Origin: Lingula anatina
Lineage: Eukaryota; Animalia; Brachiopoda
NCBI GenBank assembly: GCA_051362555.1
Contig: CM120647.1
Span: 15,042,651 to 15,106,650, forward strand
Direction of reading: 5' to 3'
Length of the DNA stretch: 64,000 nucleotides
Within the stretch, counting starts at the first letter, position 1, and each line of letters starts with the position of its first letter. The translations under genes were made by a program, and so were the position numbers. Shown here piece by piece: positions 1 through 12,859 of the stretch. The notes under the pieces are model-generated. The model ran no database searches. It saw nothing but the letters and a program-made list of their open reading frames with translations, and was not told the origin of the DNA.

Positions 1-3000
1 AGGCCGGGTCATTAAGCCAAGGCAGTGGCAGTTTGAGGCTGAACAAGACAAAGAGTTTAAGAAGAACAAGGAGGGTGACAGTGATGACGACGATGCTGAC
101 CTTGATTTGGAGAGTGGTGATGACATCACTGAAGAAGAAGTCGATCTAAGTGATGACGACGGGGAAGAGTTTGTTGCCAAGCTGTACCCAATGAAAAGAA
201 AGCGTGAGGCAGCAACAAACGGAGATGACGATGGAAATAACAGCAAAAGAGAGGCCTTAGATCTAGCAGATGAAGAGATTCAAGACCCAGAAGTCCTGTT
301 GGAGTTGCAGGATGGCTTGGAGCAAAAGGAAGACGACTCCACATACGGGTGCCCAGTTTGTGGGGGGACATTCTCCACTCTAGAAGAAGGCAGAGAACAC
401 ATGTCCCAAAAGCATCCAGACAACCTGAGCTACAAGTGTAAAGTATGTGGGGAAGTACTTGACAAACTTGAGTCTGGAAAAACCCACGTGCTAGAGAAGC
501 ATAGAGAAGAGGTGGTGGGATCCAAGGACTTGGACTGGGAGTTGAATATGGATATTGAAGAGTCCTTCGATGGCAAGCACTACGTGTGCCCCGAGTGTGG
601 GAAGAAGTTCGACAAGCCTCGGTATCTTAAAAACCATTTCCCAGTGCACACTGGGAAATACACTTGCGCTGCGTGTCACAAGGTGTTTGCCCGGGCAGAG
701 AGTCTGGAGAAACACATCTGCAGTGCCAAGGTGGAAGTGAAGAAAACCCATTTCTGCCAGATCTGTAACTTGTCCTTCTCAAAGAAGTTGTACCTCTTCC
801 GTCACATGGCAGCTCACACAGGAGAATTCATGTGTGAGCGCTGCAAGACGATGTTCTCTCGCAAAAAGGCACTGGAGTGGCATTTGTACAAGTGCAACCC
901 AGCTCAACTTTCTGCAAAATCCAAGAACCATGTCTTCCCATGCGACGAGTGCGGAAAGGTGTTCAGCAGACAGCTTGCTTTGGAAAACCACAAAATTGTT
1001 CACACGGGTCAGTTCAGGTGCAGCGTGTGCAAGAAGAGCTACTCCAGTAAAGAGCGACTTCAGGAGCATGTGTGCGTGGGAAGTGCTGCAAAGGGAGGCG
1101 AAGATGGCACAGGTGGGATGTTGTCCTCGGCGAAATCCAAATTCAAGTGTGAGCTCTGCGACAAGGCCTTCATCAGGAAAGAGGATGTGTTAAAGCACGA
1201 ATATAAATGCAAGGCCAAGTTCAGCATAGAGCAAGATGGTGTGGTCAAATGTGATGACTGCGGAGAAGAATTCACTGATGCCATCTTGTTCAGGGATCAC
1301 AAGGTGAAGCACCGTCACCCCCATGAGTGTGCCAAATGTGGCAAGGGGTTCGCCAGGAAGTTCTCCCACTTGGAGCATGAGAAAACGTGCACTGGAAAAG
1401 AAGGTGAGTTTTTTTTACTTTAATTTTTAGATAAAGTTTTTTTAAATTAATTAAATACTAATTTTGGATGTATGTTGAGCTCTGCCATATGAGATTTTTT
1501 AAAGGTTACATAGAGGATTGTGCACAACATGAGCAAAAAAAAAAAAAAAACAGGCAGGCAATTAAGAACAAAAATAAAAGACAAAAAGTAACTTGATTTA
1601 GTATATAAAATGATTCTTTATAGAAAAGGTGATAGTTAAGGTTTGAAGGGATGAAGATTGACAATTTCTTGACAAATATGACATATTTTCCTCACATCAA
1701 GATTAAGGGCTCATTCCCATTGACACTATCAGTTAAACAGATTAACACATCTAAAAAAAACATACTTCATATTCCGTCAGGTGCTGTAAACTGCACAGTG
1801 TGCAACAGAACGCTCTCAGACCCACGCTATCTGGATCGCCACATGCAGACACACGAGGAGCCGAACTACGAGTGCGAGTTCTGTGGGAAGAGCTTCTATC
1901 GCAAGGATTACCTAAACAACCACACATGTCGCAGGCCAGATGGGTCGGTGGTCAGGATGAAATACTCAGTCAGGTATGTAACAGATATTGCAGGAACTCG
2001 ATGAATAAAATTAATCAGTTGATTCAGTACTTTTATTATATATTCATATTTCAGTAACCATAGAAACTGACAGTCTTCAAATAAAAAATTTTTGATGAGT
2101 CCTCTCAGCAACCGATGTAAATTAGTAAAATTTAAAAAGCGTAAGGCTGAATTACGTATGTATTCATCGGGTAAGATACTAAGATTAATTACAGCTACGA
2201 CAGCAAGTTTGTGGCTTTTAATAGGCCTAACACCTGTAAGCCTACCTGCATACTATTGCATACATAAATCAAGGGATGAAGACCTACTGGTAGTTATGGA
2301 TGCCGATGGTAGTGCCATTTCCAGAAGGTGAGATCAATTCAGAATTGGGCAGATCCAGGAAACCTGACAATAATTAAGGTGACTTGTCCTTCGCGAGTAA
2401 CAGACTTTTGACTCAACCTTAATCTTAACCTTTTACAGGAAAGGAGTAGCCGAAATGGAGGACAAATATGTTTGCTACCTATGTGGAAAAACCTACATTA
2501 GCAAGAGCAATCTTAACAAGCATCTTAAAACCCATGGCGACAAGCATTTCTCCTGCGATGTCTGCCACAAAAAATTCCACATACGCCACCAGATGTTGGA
2601 GCACAAAAATGCTGTGCACACTAAGGAGCGCAAGTTTCAGTGTAACGAGTGCGGAAAGCTGCTGAAGACAAGGCTCACACTCTACGCCCACAAGAAACAG
2701 TTTCATGGCGCAATCACAAAAGTGTTCGCGTGTCAAACCTGTGGGAAGATATTCCGTCAGAAAGGGAATTTGATGAAGCACATGCTAATGCACGATCCCA
2801 AGAAGCACTTCAACTGTAACTACTGCCAGGCTTCGTTCAAATACCCAGAGCAACTGTACAGGCACACGCTTGAACATACGCAGGGCAAGAAACATGCGTG
2901 TGATCACTGCACCAAGAAGTTCGTGTTGCCGCATGAGCTGAAGAAGCACGTCCTGGAGTTTCACAGCGGAATGATGTATGTGTGCAGCCTTTGCTCGGAG

Positions 3001-4779
3001 ATGTGTCGATATCGCCACACACTACGACGCCATATCCAACGGAAACATCCAGGCAATGTGGGAATGCTACAGGTAATTGTTCTGTAGAGGGAAGGTACAG
3101 GTATAGAAAATAAAAAGAACGTGTTGTTCATATTAAGGTTTCAAAGTTTTATTTACGATGGAAGTTGATAGCCAAGTTTTGACTTTGGTAGTCATGACAC
3201 TTGTTTCCAAATTTTGGTGAGTCTAAAAAATTGTTAAGTCTTTTTGATTTAATGGGGCACATGTAATCCATGTTACAGGGTTCCTGAATCACAGAAAAAA
3301 AAAATAGAAATACTTCAGTACAAAAATGTAATAATTCACCCTAGATTCCTTTAACTATTGCAGTGAGGTTGTTCCTTGATAGTTCTTTTATTTAAAAACC
3401 ACTTTCCAGGACCCCAACTTCCTGCACACCCTGTTAAAGAAGGTGGACCAGCCTGATGAGCCCAGGATCCAGAGCAGCACCATCTCAGCTGGCAGGGCAG
3501 GAGGGAGTGTGGTAGAGAAGCCACCTCAGCACATTCTGGTCCAGATTCAGGATCCCAACCAGCAAACCAGACTGGTGGAGGTCCAGGGAGGACAGAATAT
3601 TGAGGTAATATTTAGGGAATTAAGATTTTGTGTTAAATTCATATTTTCATTTATTTGTTCAATTTTTTTTTCTTTTTTTTAAATGAAAAATTGGTCAAAA
3701 GATGATTAAAAAAAAAAGAATTTATCAAAAAAAGAATTTATCTTTTGTCAGCTTTAAAAACTTTGTTGTTTTGCATATTGTTGTTTAATGTAGGCATTAA
3801 AACTTAAGTCAGGAGAGCCTTGCTGATAAAAAATATTGACCATTACGTTTGGTTTCCATAGGACGGCACATCCCAGGTGATATTTGGAGAGCTTGGCGAG
3901 GGTCCAACTGGCCGTACCATCATACAGATGCCTGATGGGAGGCAGATAGAACTCACAGACAACACAGAGGTCAGTGGAAGTTGTTTCTGTGCTCAGAATT
4001 TTAAAATCTTCTTGGTTTTGAATTTGATTCATGATCGTGTCAACGTGACATTGGTTTTACAAGAACAAGAGCACATGTATAATGGTGGATGGGATTACTG
4101 GCACTGTGGATTAATTAAATGCCCTGTGCCACAAATTGACCTAAATTTCTTTTTTTTTTAGTAATTAGCCTATACAATGATGACCACAAACAACAGTATT
4201 TCTTTAAGTGATCCTTAAAACAGAAAAATTAAGACATGCAAAGATCTTGAACCTCAGTGCTACATGGGCAGTGCGTTTCCATATCCACGAGTAGATGATT
4301 ACTACGGCTGAGCCTGAATTTAAGCAGGTTGTGTTTATGTCCTCCCATATAAATGTTCAGAATGTTGCCTCCTCTTCCAGGTAATCCACATTCAACAAGG
4401 AGGCGAGCAGGGTGCAGGGGATGCCATCCCAACAACCGCTGCTGCAACCACAGGTGACCAGCTTGTCATGGAGAACCTCTCCAGTGATGTCGTAGAGGCC
4501 CTCCAGACCGCCCAAGCTCTGCAGTCTCTGTCCAGCAGCATAGATGGCGCCACCAGCAAAAGCATCAACTTGGCGGACTTAGCGTCTCAAATTGCTGCTT
4601 CTCAGATTCTTGCCACGGGAACTACAGGAAACCAAATGATTTCTACTACAGCACCTTCTGATGAGGGGACGGCGGCAGGTGACCAGGGACAGTATCTGTT
4701 AGTGCCGCTGGATTATGAGCAAGAACAGCATGCAGAACAGGGGCCTGTGCCACCTGTTGGTGAGCAGACAGATCTGTAG
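1..4779 (+). CDS. Multi-zinc-finger (C2H2/C2HC) transcription factor, 5' end outside the window; exons <1-1403, 1781-1973, 2274-2327, 2439-3072, 3410-3604, 3862-3969, 4381-4779
   Basis: Frame is open from the window start. About 20 CxxC...H..H/C fingers with TGK/TGE-type linkers. All introns are GT-AG with compatible phases (1,2,2,0,0,0). Acidic N-terminal part, Q/T/A-rich C-terminal tail, stop TAG at 4777-4779. The 54-nt exon 2274-2327 has a weak acceptor and is less certain. Confidence 0.88.
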
Positions 4780-5855
4780 ATGGTGCTGTTTAACCTTTCA
4801 AGAGGAGCTTTAGAAAAGAGAAAAAAATGAACAGCCCAAAAAAAAAATAAATAAATAAAATGGAGGATCAAGCTGTTTTTCAAACTTTGCTCTGCTGAAT
4901 TGATGACTGCTGCAACTGGCCAAAGGCAGAAATATATTGTTTGAAGCAAGTCTTAGTGTAGGGAAACTGTTATAGAACCCAGGTCTCACTAAAGTAAAGA
5001 CAAAACTCCATGATTCTCTTCCTTGAATTAATCTCATGTTTTTAATATTAGAGTTTAAATTGAATGGCAGCATATGGGTGTGATCAAAGCAAAATTAAAT
5101 ATATCTCAGAGTTCAGTCTTTGATGCAAATAATGAAAAGCATTGCTTTTAATTAACTGAACTGTTACTTTTAGTAACTTACATGAAGTAGTTGTGGTTAG
5201 TGTTGATTTTTGTGTGATGTTTTTTCAGATTTTACTTCTGCTGTTTTGTATAATTGTTAGTAAATGTTTGTTTTTGCAGGAAAAACTTGAATATAGTGAG
5301 AACAATGCTTATGTATTCGTACAAATAAAAACACCAAAAATTCTTTGTAAGATTATTATGAATGTTATTATTGTAGTTTTTTAACTGTTCGTCTGACCTC
5401 TTCCATAAGCAGTTGCCCAAAAAAATTAGCTGAATCATTTATTTGATACACTAGACTTAGCATAATTTAACATAATCACTCTGGAAATGGAAAAAAAATT
5501 ATTACAATTACTTTTAAGACATACATGGATGAGGTGTCTAAGGTGGAAAAAAGATTTGAGCAGGTGGTATTTATTAAATTTAAGAGAGAAAAAACATGCT
5601 ACAATACTTTTTTTAGCTAAACAATAATTCAGTTTAGTTGTGAAAAAATATGCAGTCTGCTGTATACAAATATTATACTAATTGTGAAGATTTCTCAAAC
5701 ATTTCACGAACAGTATCATTTTTTGTACATATTTCATGTATATTTCTTGACAAGTTTGAGGTAGGTCAAGATTAGACATTTGAATATCAATGAAATAACT
5801 GACAGTCATTTCTACACAGTTCCATTTTTACAGTCAGCAAAAACTTGTAGAATTT

Positions 5856-5876
5856 TTTATTGAATTTAACAATAAA
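5856..5876. terminator. Back-to-back poly(A) signals of the convergent zinc-finger (+, AATAAA 5871-5876) and SDR16C (-, AATAAA 5861-5856) genes
   Basis: Sequence tttatt-gaatttaac-aataaa lies between the two stop codons; base composition shifts from T-rich to A-rich around this point. Confidence 0.45.
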
Positions 5877-6874
5877 AATCTTTGATACGCAACAAGTCAA
5901 AACCCCTTTTTCTATTCTTTATATCACTTTTTGCTGGAAATAAATAGGAACGGTAGAGTAAATCAACTGTTTGAAATTTACAGAAATATGGCTCCACGAT
6001 GTATAGCATATCAACAGTTTCATAAAAAATATGGAGAAAATCTGGACAAATTTTGGCACTAATTACAATACTTCTGCTTGTTAATACTCACTTCAGTTCT
6101 GATGTACATATACATAAACTTGTGCACAAGACTAAGAATTGAACAAAACAATAAAACATCCACCAATGTGCCAATTAATGTTATAATGAAATATACTTAC
6201 AAGCCATAATCATGAACAGGATTTTACAATCATGATCGTTATTTAGCAAATCCACATTCCTTACAAAGGCAATAAATCTGATTAAAAAGTAACTAAGTTA
6301 AACTTAATATTAACATTTTTAATACAATAATGTAAACTGACAGCTCACTGTAAAAATTGAATTAAAGTGGCATTCAAGAATATTAGTTTCCTATGGATTA
6401 CATCACATATGAAATCACATACACTGGCAAAAGAAAAATATACACATGCTCTAATACTATTATTCAAAAAATTATTCTTATTGTAAACTGGGTAATATTG
6501 TAATTTTTGAAGAAAAGCAAAGTTAATAGCTAAGTTTACTATCATACTATCATTCTAACAATTGGGGAATTTTAAGTTAATCACTTATAAGTACAATTTA
6601 AACATATGCAAAAGGACAATTAGGTTAATTGGCTAAGTTAGAAAAAAAATTCTTATGGAGTAACACAGGTTTTATGAAAAATTTAAAAATGGCTAATAAA
6701 AAAAAAATAAATAAAAATAATTCACTGGCTAGAGAACACAAAACATGATTGAAAAGTGTCCAATTCCTAGCTGATTATGATATAAGATCGAAAACTAGAT
6801 TTAAACAAAAGAAAAAAAGGTAAAATAAAATGTTGGCATAACTCTATTTTCTTTGCTCTGGTTAGGTAATTTAT

Positions 6875-6968
6875 CTAATCTTTCTTTGCTCTTCCCTTGA
6901 AGTCATCCATACAGTTATTAATTCCAAAGGCCTGTGCTAAAAGAAGGCCAACCTTCACTGGAATAAGA
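6875..6968 (-). CDS. SDR16C alternative last exon C ([31 protein letters not shown])
   Basis: Strong acceptor ttttttcttttcag, 94 nt, phase 2, stop TAG; aligns without gaps to exons A and B. Confidence 0.88.
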
Positions 6969-9900
6969 CTGAAAAGAAAAAAAAATATTACAAATTTAAA
7001 ATTATTTCATAAAATCTAATGAACAAATAAATAAATATGAATGAATGCATAATGTCGAAAATACAGGAAAAAAAAACATGGTGAAAAAAAAAAAATTGCA
7101 AATTAAAATAAGCAAGCTGAAAAAAATGAATTCTTAACAAGGAGGTAATAATAGTTTCAGCAAATAGCACTGTTTAATGTAAGTAACACAATACTGGCAA
7201 GCTATGAAAGTTACCAATCATAATGGCACATCCGATGCCTGGCAAACTGCCTAAACTAACACACTCGCAACAGAACAAAAGCATGCAGTTGCCACAAATT
7301 GCAATAAACTATTTGCAAACTGGAAACTAGTAGATATGTTGGTTACATGAATTAAAAGGGTTTAATCAATAGCAATATACAGAAAGAATAAAACTTGCGA
7401 ATTAGTTATGAAAGTTAAAGGGATAACAACTCTTTGTATGAGATCTATATTTTGCAGTTAAAACATTAATTGTTAACAACTCATAGAAATATAATAAATT
7501 CTATTTTACCACAAAAATGGCAGTTGAGGCAATTATGCTGAAATCTGTGCTTGCCATCTGACCATATGTGACCTCCATAGATGGCTATACTTTATAATAA
7601 TCTCTTAAGAAATGGATTCATTTACCACTGGTAAGTATGGGAAATTGTTGTTCATCCCAGGAAAGTTCTTTTTTTTTTCTTTTGGCCATAATGAATAGTT
7701 ATCCTTTTAACCATCACATATAGGCATATCCAATCCCAGCACAATGTCACATTTAACACACCCAAAGGGTCACCATCACCTTCTATGAACAATTTGTGAA
7801 AAGGAAATGACATGATGCATCATCCACGGGTGCCAAAAATTAAATTCAAGAACTCAATCTACCACTATATAAATGTAGGTCTGCAATGAAGATGGTATTA
7901 CATCTACTATGCCACACACTGAACCCAACATATGATAAATCATTGACTTTAAGTCTTGCTATTGCCTACCAGTTGTGAAAATCAATAAACCCAAATATCT
8001 CAAGTCAGTGCTCTAAAGAATTCTACTGACACCTAGTGCTTCAGAGAAAATAAGAAAAAAAAAACCAAGAAACAGGAGCTAGGTGCCATCTATGGATTAG
8101 TACTAAGTAAAAAGGCCATGCAGACCCATATATCTTCACCTTCAGTAAGAAATTACTGTAATAACATCAATTCTGTTTTGCTCGTCCACGGAATGTGTCC
8201 ATAAAGGTTTGGTTGCCCATGAATTCACATATCAGGCGGGTGAGATGGAATGGAAGCAGCCTCCACAGAGAACAGAATCAAAAATTTGTTTTTATTTTTT
8301 TATTAATCTGAGGTTCTGTTATCCACACATTTAAAAAAAAATCAATATGTGATGACATCATGCAGATTTGACATTCATTTTTTTTTTTTTTTTGGGGGGG
8401 GGGTCCTTAGCTCATTCCAAGGGCTTAAAATGATGTGTGATTGAATTTACAATTTGCTCCTCTTTACACTCTTCCACTCTATAAACATTCCATCCAAGTT
8501 TTAAAGTGGTAAAACAGGATTTTGGTGAAAATTCCAAGGGAAAAAAATAGCTGGTCAAAGAAAGCATGTTTATTTCAAATAAGTCTATTTTTTTTTTAAA
8601 TTTTTGTTTGATAAATCATTTGGGGTAAGAAAATTCTACACATTTACTTGTTATTTCCCTAACAGCAATTTAGATGGCAGTATGGAGAACATGACTGCTT
8701 TCTGATAAATAAAATGCAAGTAACTGCAATATTCTTCTGAATTATTCTTCATACAAGCTGAAAGCAGCGATGTACTTCTTCAAGCATATAAGTAGGCAAA
8801 AGCTGTTCAGCCATTTGTGCCAAAGCAGAAAAAACATACATGTAAAGCCACTCTACAAGTAACTATTCCATCTTCTTTCTCCCAATAAATGTATCCATCA
8901 TTTTAGTTGTGCCAAAGAAGTTACAGAGTAGAAAGTTCACTTTTACAGGTAGATACCTACATGGAAAAGGGCACAAAATGAACTCTTCAGTAGAGTAAGG
9001 TGTGATAACTGGTGTCTCATCTAACACAATATTGTGTTGAAACACAAGCATGTCACACCCAACACAATATTGTGTTGAAACACCAGGGATTCAAACTTAA
9101 AGCAATATTGCATTGTGTCTGACAAGCTTGTTCCCTAAACTCTTTGACACATATAAAAATAAGCTGAACACATGACATCGCATGTAACATAATTATCATA
9201 TAATTCCACACATAACTGAAATACAGAAATTCTTAATACATTTTTGTTGTGCCCAATTGTGTCATGTGAAATGAAGAATTTTAATCTTCAGCCAACACAT
9301 ATGCTGTAAAGCCTCTCACAGAAAAATATTTTCTTATATTAATAATAGTTTATAACTTAACCTTGTAAGCAGTATCCTGGAGTAGTGATGAATTACACTC
9401 TATGTCTGATGGACAGAGGTTTCTTTTTAAAAAACTTCAAAATTCTGGGTGCTATTCTATACAGACTAGTGGCGCCACCTATACTCACCCTTTCAAAGCC
9501 AAGAAAAAGTAAAGAACCCGAGGTATGTAAACAATCTCCTGGTTTATAAGAACAGCATCTACAATTCTACTGGCCGCATAATCCTGTTCGACAATTGGCA
9601 GGACCTTAGGAAACCTGGTGGAAAAAAGGAAATAATGAAAACGCTTTGGCTTACAAGCAGTGAGAAGCATGTGTATAGTATAAATTGCAGCATACATGAA
9701 CAATGAGTGTGTATATGTGCACGTGTGTGTGCACAAATGCCTGGGCACACATGTGTATAAGGAGCACTCTCTGAGCACTCACCCTAGAAAAATAAGGCTT
9801 AATGTTACTGAAGCCACTGCATGTGTTTCATATCCCTTTCAAAAATAATAATTATTATAGCATTTTAACTGCGACGTTCTACTTTTGATATTATTATCAT

Positions 9901-11776
9901 TATTTCTTTTATAATATCAATACTAATGTAACCCCCCCCCCCCCCCCGGGGGGGGTCGGCTGTCCATACCTTGTCTTCACACCTTCAAACATCCCAGTGT
10001 TGATATAATAGGGACATACCACAGTGGTGTGGACGCCATCTTTACCCATGGCGTTCAGCTCATATTTCAGTGATTCGTCAAAGCCAACAGCGGCAAATTT
10101 ACTGGCGCAGTAGTCAGCAAGGCCTGTGACCCCAACAAGCCCAGCAGAGCTTGCAATCGACACCAGGTGTCCATGGTTTTTACGTAGCATCGATGGTAGG
10201 AAGGCTTTTACTGTCTGAAAGGAGATTGAATGACTGATGTTATGCAATTTATAAATACTGTTGAAATTCATGCCAATTTATATTTATTTCTTTATAAATT
10301 TCGTTAGTTATAGTTTTGAATGAAGACTTGTTTGAAAATTACTTGATTTTCTTAAGTTTTTAAACATTTTTATTTTTCTATCATTTTACTGTATATAAAA
10401 ACATAATGATAATTATTTAAATTAATAAATTCAATTATTCTTTGTTTTATACTTGATAATGCTGAATAAATATTATCACCATTTCTCTTTTTTTCCAATA
10501 AACTGATTTCAAAAATTGACAACCATCTCTACATGGTAAATGGGTCTTTCTTCACAGAACAGAACAGAAATGGGCATTAGTCATAAAAAAACAAATTTTA
10601 CTCTAGATAAATCAATAGTATTCCAATTTAACAAAATAATAAAATGCTATGCCTTTATATATATATATATATATATTTTTTTTTTTTTTCTTACAAGAAA
10701 GACTATACTTAAATAAGGTGGAATACTAGTAATTAAGTTCTATAAATCTATTTTGAACTGAAGAGGACCATATTTTGGGTGTTGTACTTTGGACCAATCT
10801 TCAGGCTTAAGTTCATTTGTTAAACTGTCCCCAGATATCAGGTTATATCAATATTTGCAATGAATCAGATATCAAACATTCCTCAGGCAACTGTCCTTTG
10901 ATTAAACCCCACTCATTAAAAATAATCAACATTTGAAAACTTTATCACAGAAGCTCATAAACATTAAAGTGTAAGTTATAATATGGTTAAGATTCAATTT
11001 ATTCCCATAATAAATGTACTCAGTTTCTTGAGTATATGGCTCACCAAAATTTCCTGTCACTTTCTCTCATATATTATGTACACTGTTAATATACAATGTA
11101 AAACTATATTGAATTTTGTAAAAAAAAATATGCAAATCAAAAACCTTCACTACAGATAAAACTTTTGGTCTGTAAGAAGATATAGCTCAGACAGAAATAT
11201 GACTGTCAAGTAAATATTAACAAAAAATACAAATCAAAAACTCATATGCTTCTGTTACAGAGAGAACATGTCAGAAACCTCATAAATGTGTCAAGTAAAT
11301 ATAAAATTGGTATCAGTGTGTGCACTGGTATATAATCTAAAGGTCAACTTTATGACCTGATTTCCTACATTCCTGCTACAATGATAAAAAGTGACCTTTA
11401 GGTTCTGTTGTCATTGTAGAATACAGTGCCACACATGTCCTGAATGTTTGATCACTCAAGTCAGGTTAGAAATGTACAATAGCCATGGGTCAGAGTGATA
11501 CGTGGAGTTCTAATCAGTTTATGGACATACACTCCATCTTGCTCTGTCACAGGCACATGCACAAACTCTCTTCTTCACATGCATATATATACAAGCACAT
11601 AAGCACACACATTATTTCATACACTTGTACAGTATATACCCAGCAAAGTCATGCATATGGAGACAAACACTTGCTCATTAACAGTCTCTTTCTCTCTCTC
11701 TCCATGTCTTTTCTTTCCTTTCTCTCCCTCTCTCTCTCTCTCTAGCTAGTTTGCATTCTCTCTTTCTCTCTCTCTG

Positions 11777-11823
<47 letters not shown>

Positions 11824-12826
11824 CACACACACACACACACATTCTCAGCAAATGAGCAGCCCAATTTCAAGCATCAGAACCCACTTCCTCACCACTCACC
11901 CAGAAATGCGCCATGGAGTTCACTGCCATAGTTTTCTCAATCATGTTGTCGGGACAGTCAAGGTACTTCTTCCCTGTCACAATTCCTGCATTGTTGACTA
12001 GTATGGTGACATCTAGACCATCTTGTTTAACCTGGATTGAAACATACAAACAATGTTACCTGAAATTATATATTTACATACAAATTTGGATGCCTGCAAT
12101 AAAAATGTAAAAACAAAGTCAGCTCAACAATGATTTGCCTCTAAAAATTTAAAATAATTTTTATGTAATATCTACATCTAGGCATTCTCGTTTTACCTGA
12201 AATTTAATACACAAATTATGATAAATAGAATCAAAGTATACAATGTGACAACATGGAGTATGGAAGTTCTGATCGAGGCATAAGCTGATTATATCCTACC
12301 AATCTGAAACTAACAGTACCTGGACAAATATTTATTTAAAATAAATTGTCAATAATGAACTTCTATTACTTGAGGTATCCAGTACTGGTATCTAACTTTC
12401 TACTTTCCTTACATATTTTTTTTCTTTTCTAAGGTAATAACTGGAAAAATATATACATCAACCTTTTAAAGGCAAATCATTGTTGAGCTGACTTTGTTTT
12501 AACATTTTTATTTCAAATCAAAGCAATTATTACACCCAACTACCAAAAATTATAGGCAAATGAGAAATAATTTTTCAACAATTTAAAAGAAGTTCACTAT
12601 GAAAACCACCTTCTCTGCCACTGTGTATATTTCATCTCTCTTGCTGAGATCGCATTTATAAGTAAACACTCTGCCGCCATATTTCTTTATTTCCGTTGCC
12701 GTCTCTTCAATCGCTGTCTCATTGATATCCCACAGGACTAGTTTAGCACCCTTCTTGGCAAACTTGATGGCCATAAGTCGCCCAATACCGCTACCTAAGG
12801 GATACAAGTGAGGGGTGTTAATATCA

Positions 12827-12859
<33 letters not shown>

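Noticed and set aside
126-3022. Numerous short overlapping ORFs on both strands of the zinc-finger exons
   Set aside because: Alternative-frame and antisense shadows of GC-richer coding sequence.
7790-7880. Possible fourth, decayed SDR16C last exon (acceptor ttcattgcag; ...ttt ggc acc...atgatg)
   Set aside because: In-frame stops and only a few matching codons; cannot be distinguished from chance.
8080-9480. CTCF-like AG(A/G)TGGC motifs near the alternative exons (about 8081-8095 and 9466-9482)
   Set aside because: Short partial matches that also occur elsewhere in the window; not supportable without a motif scan or ChIP data.
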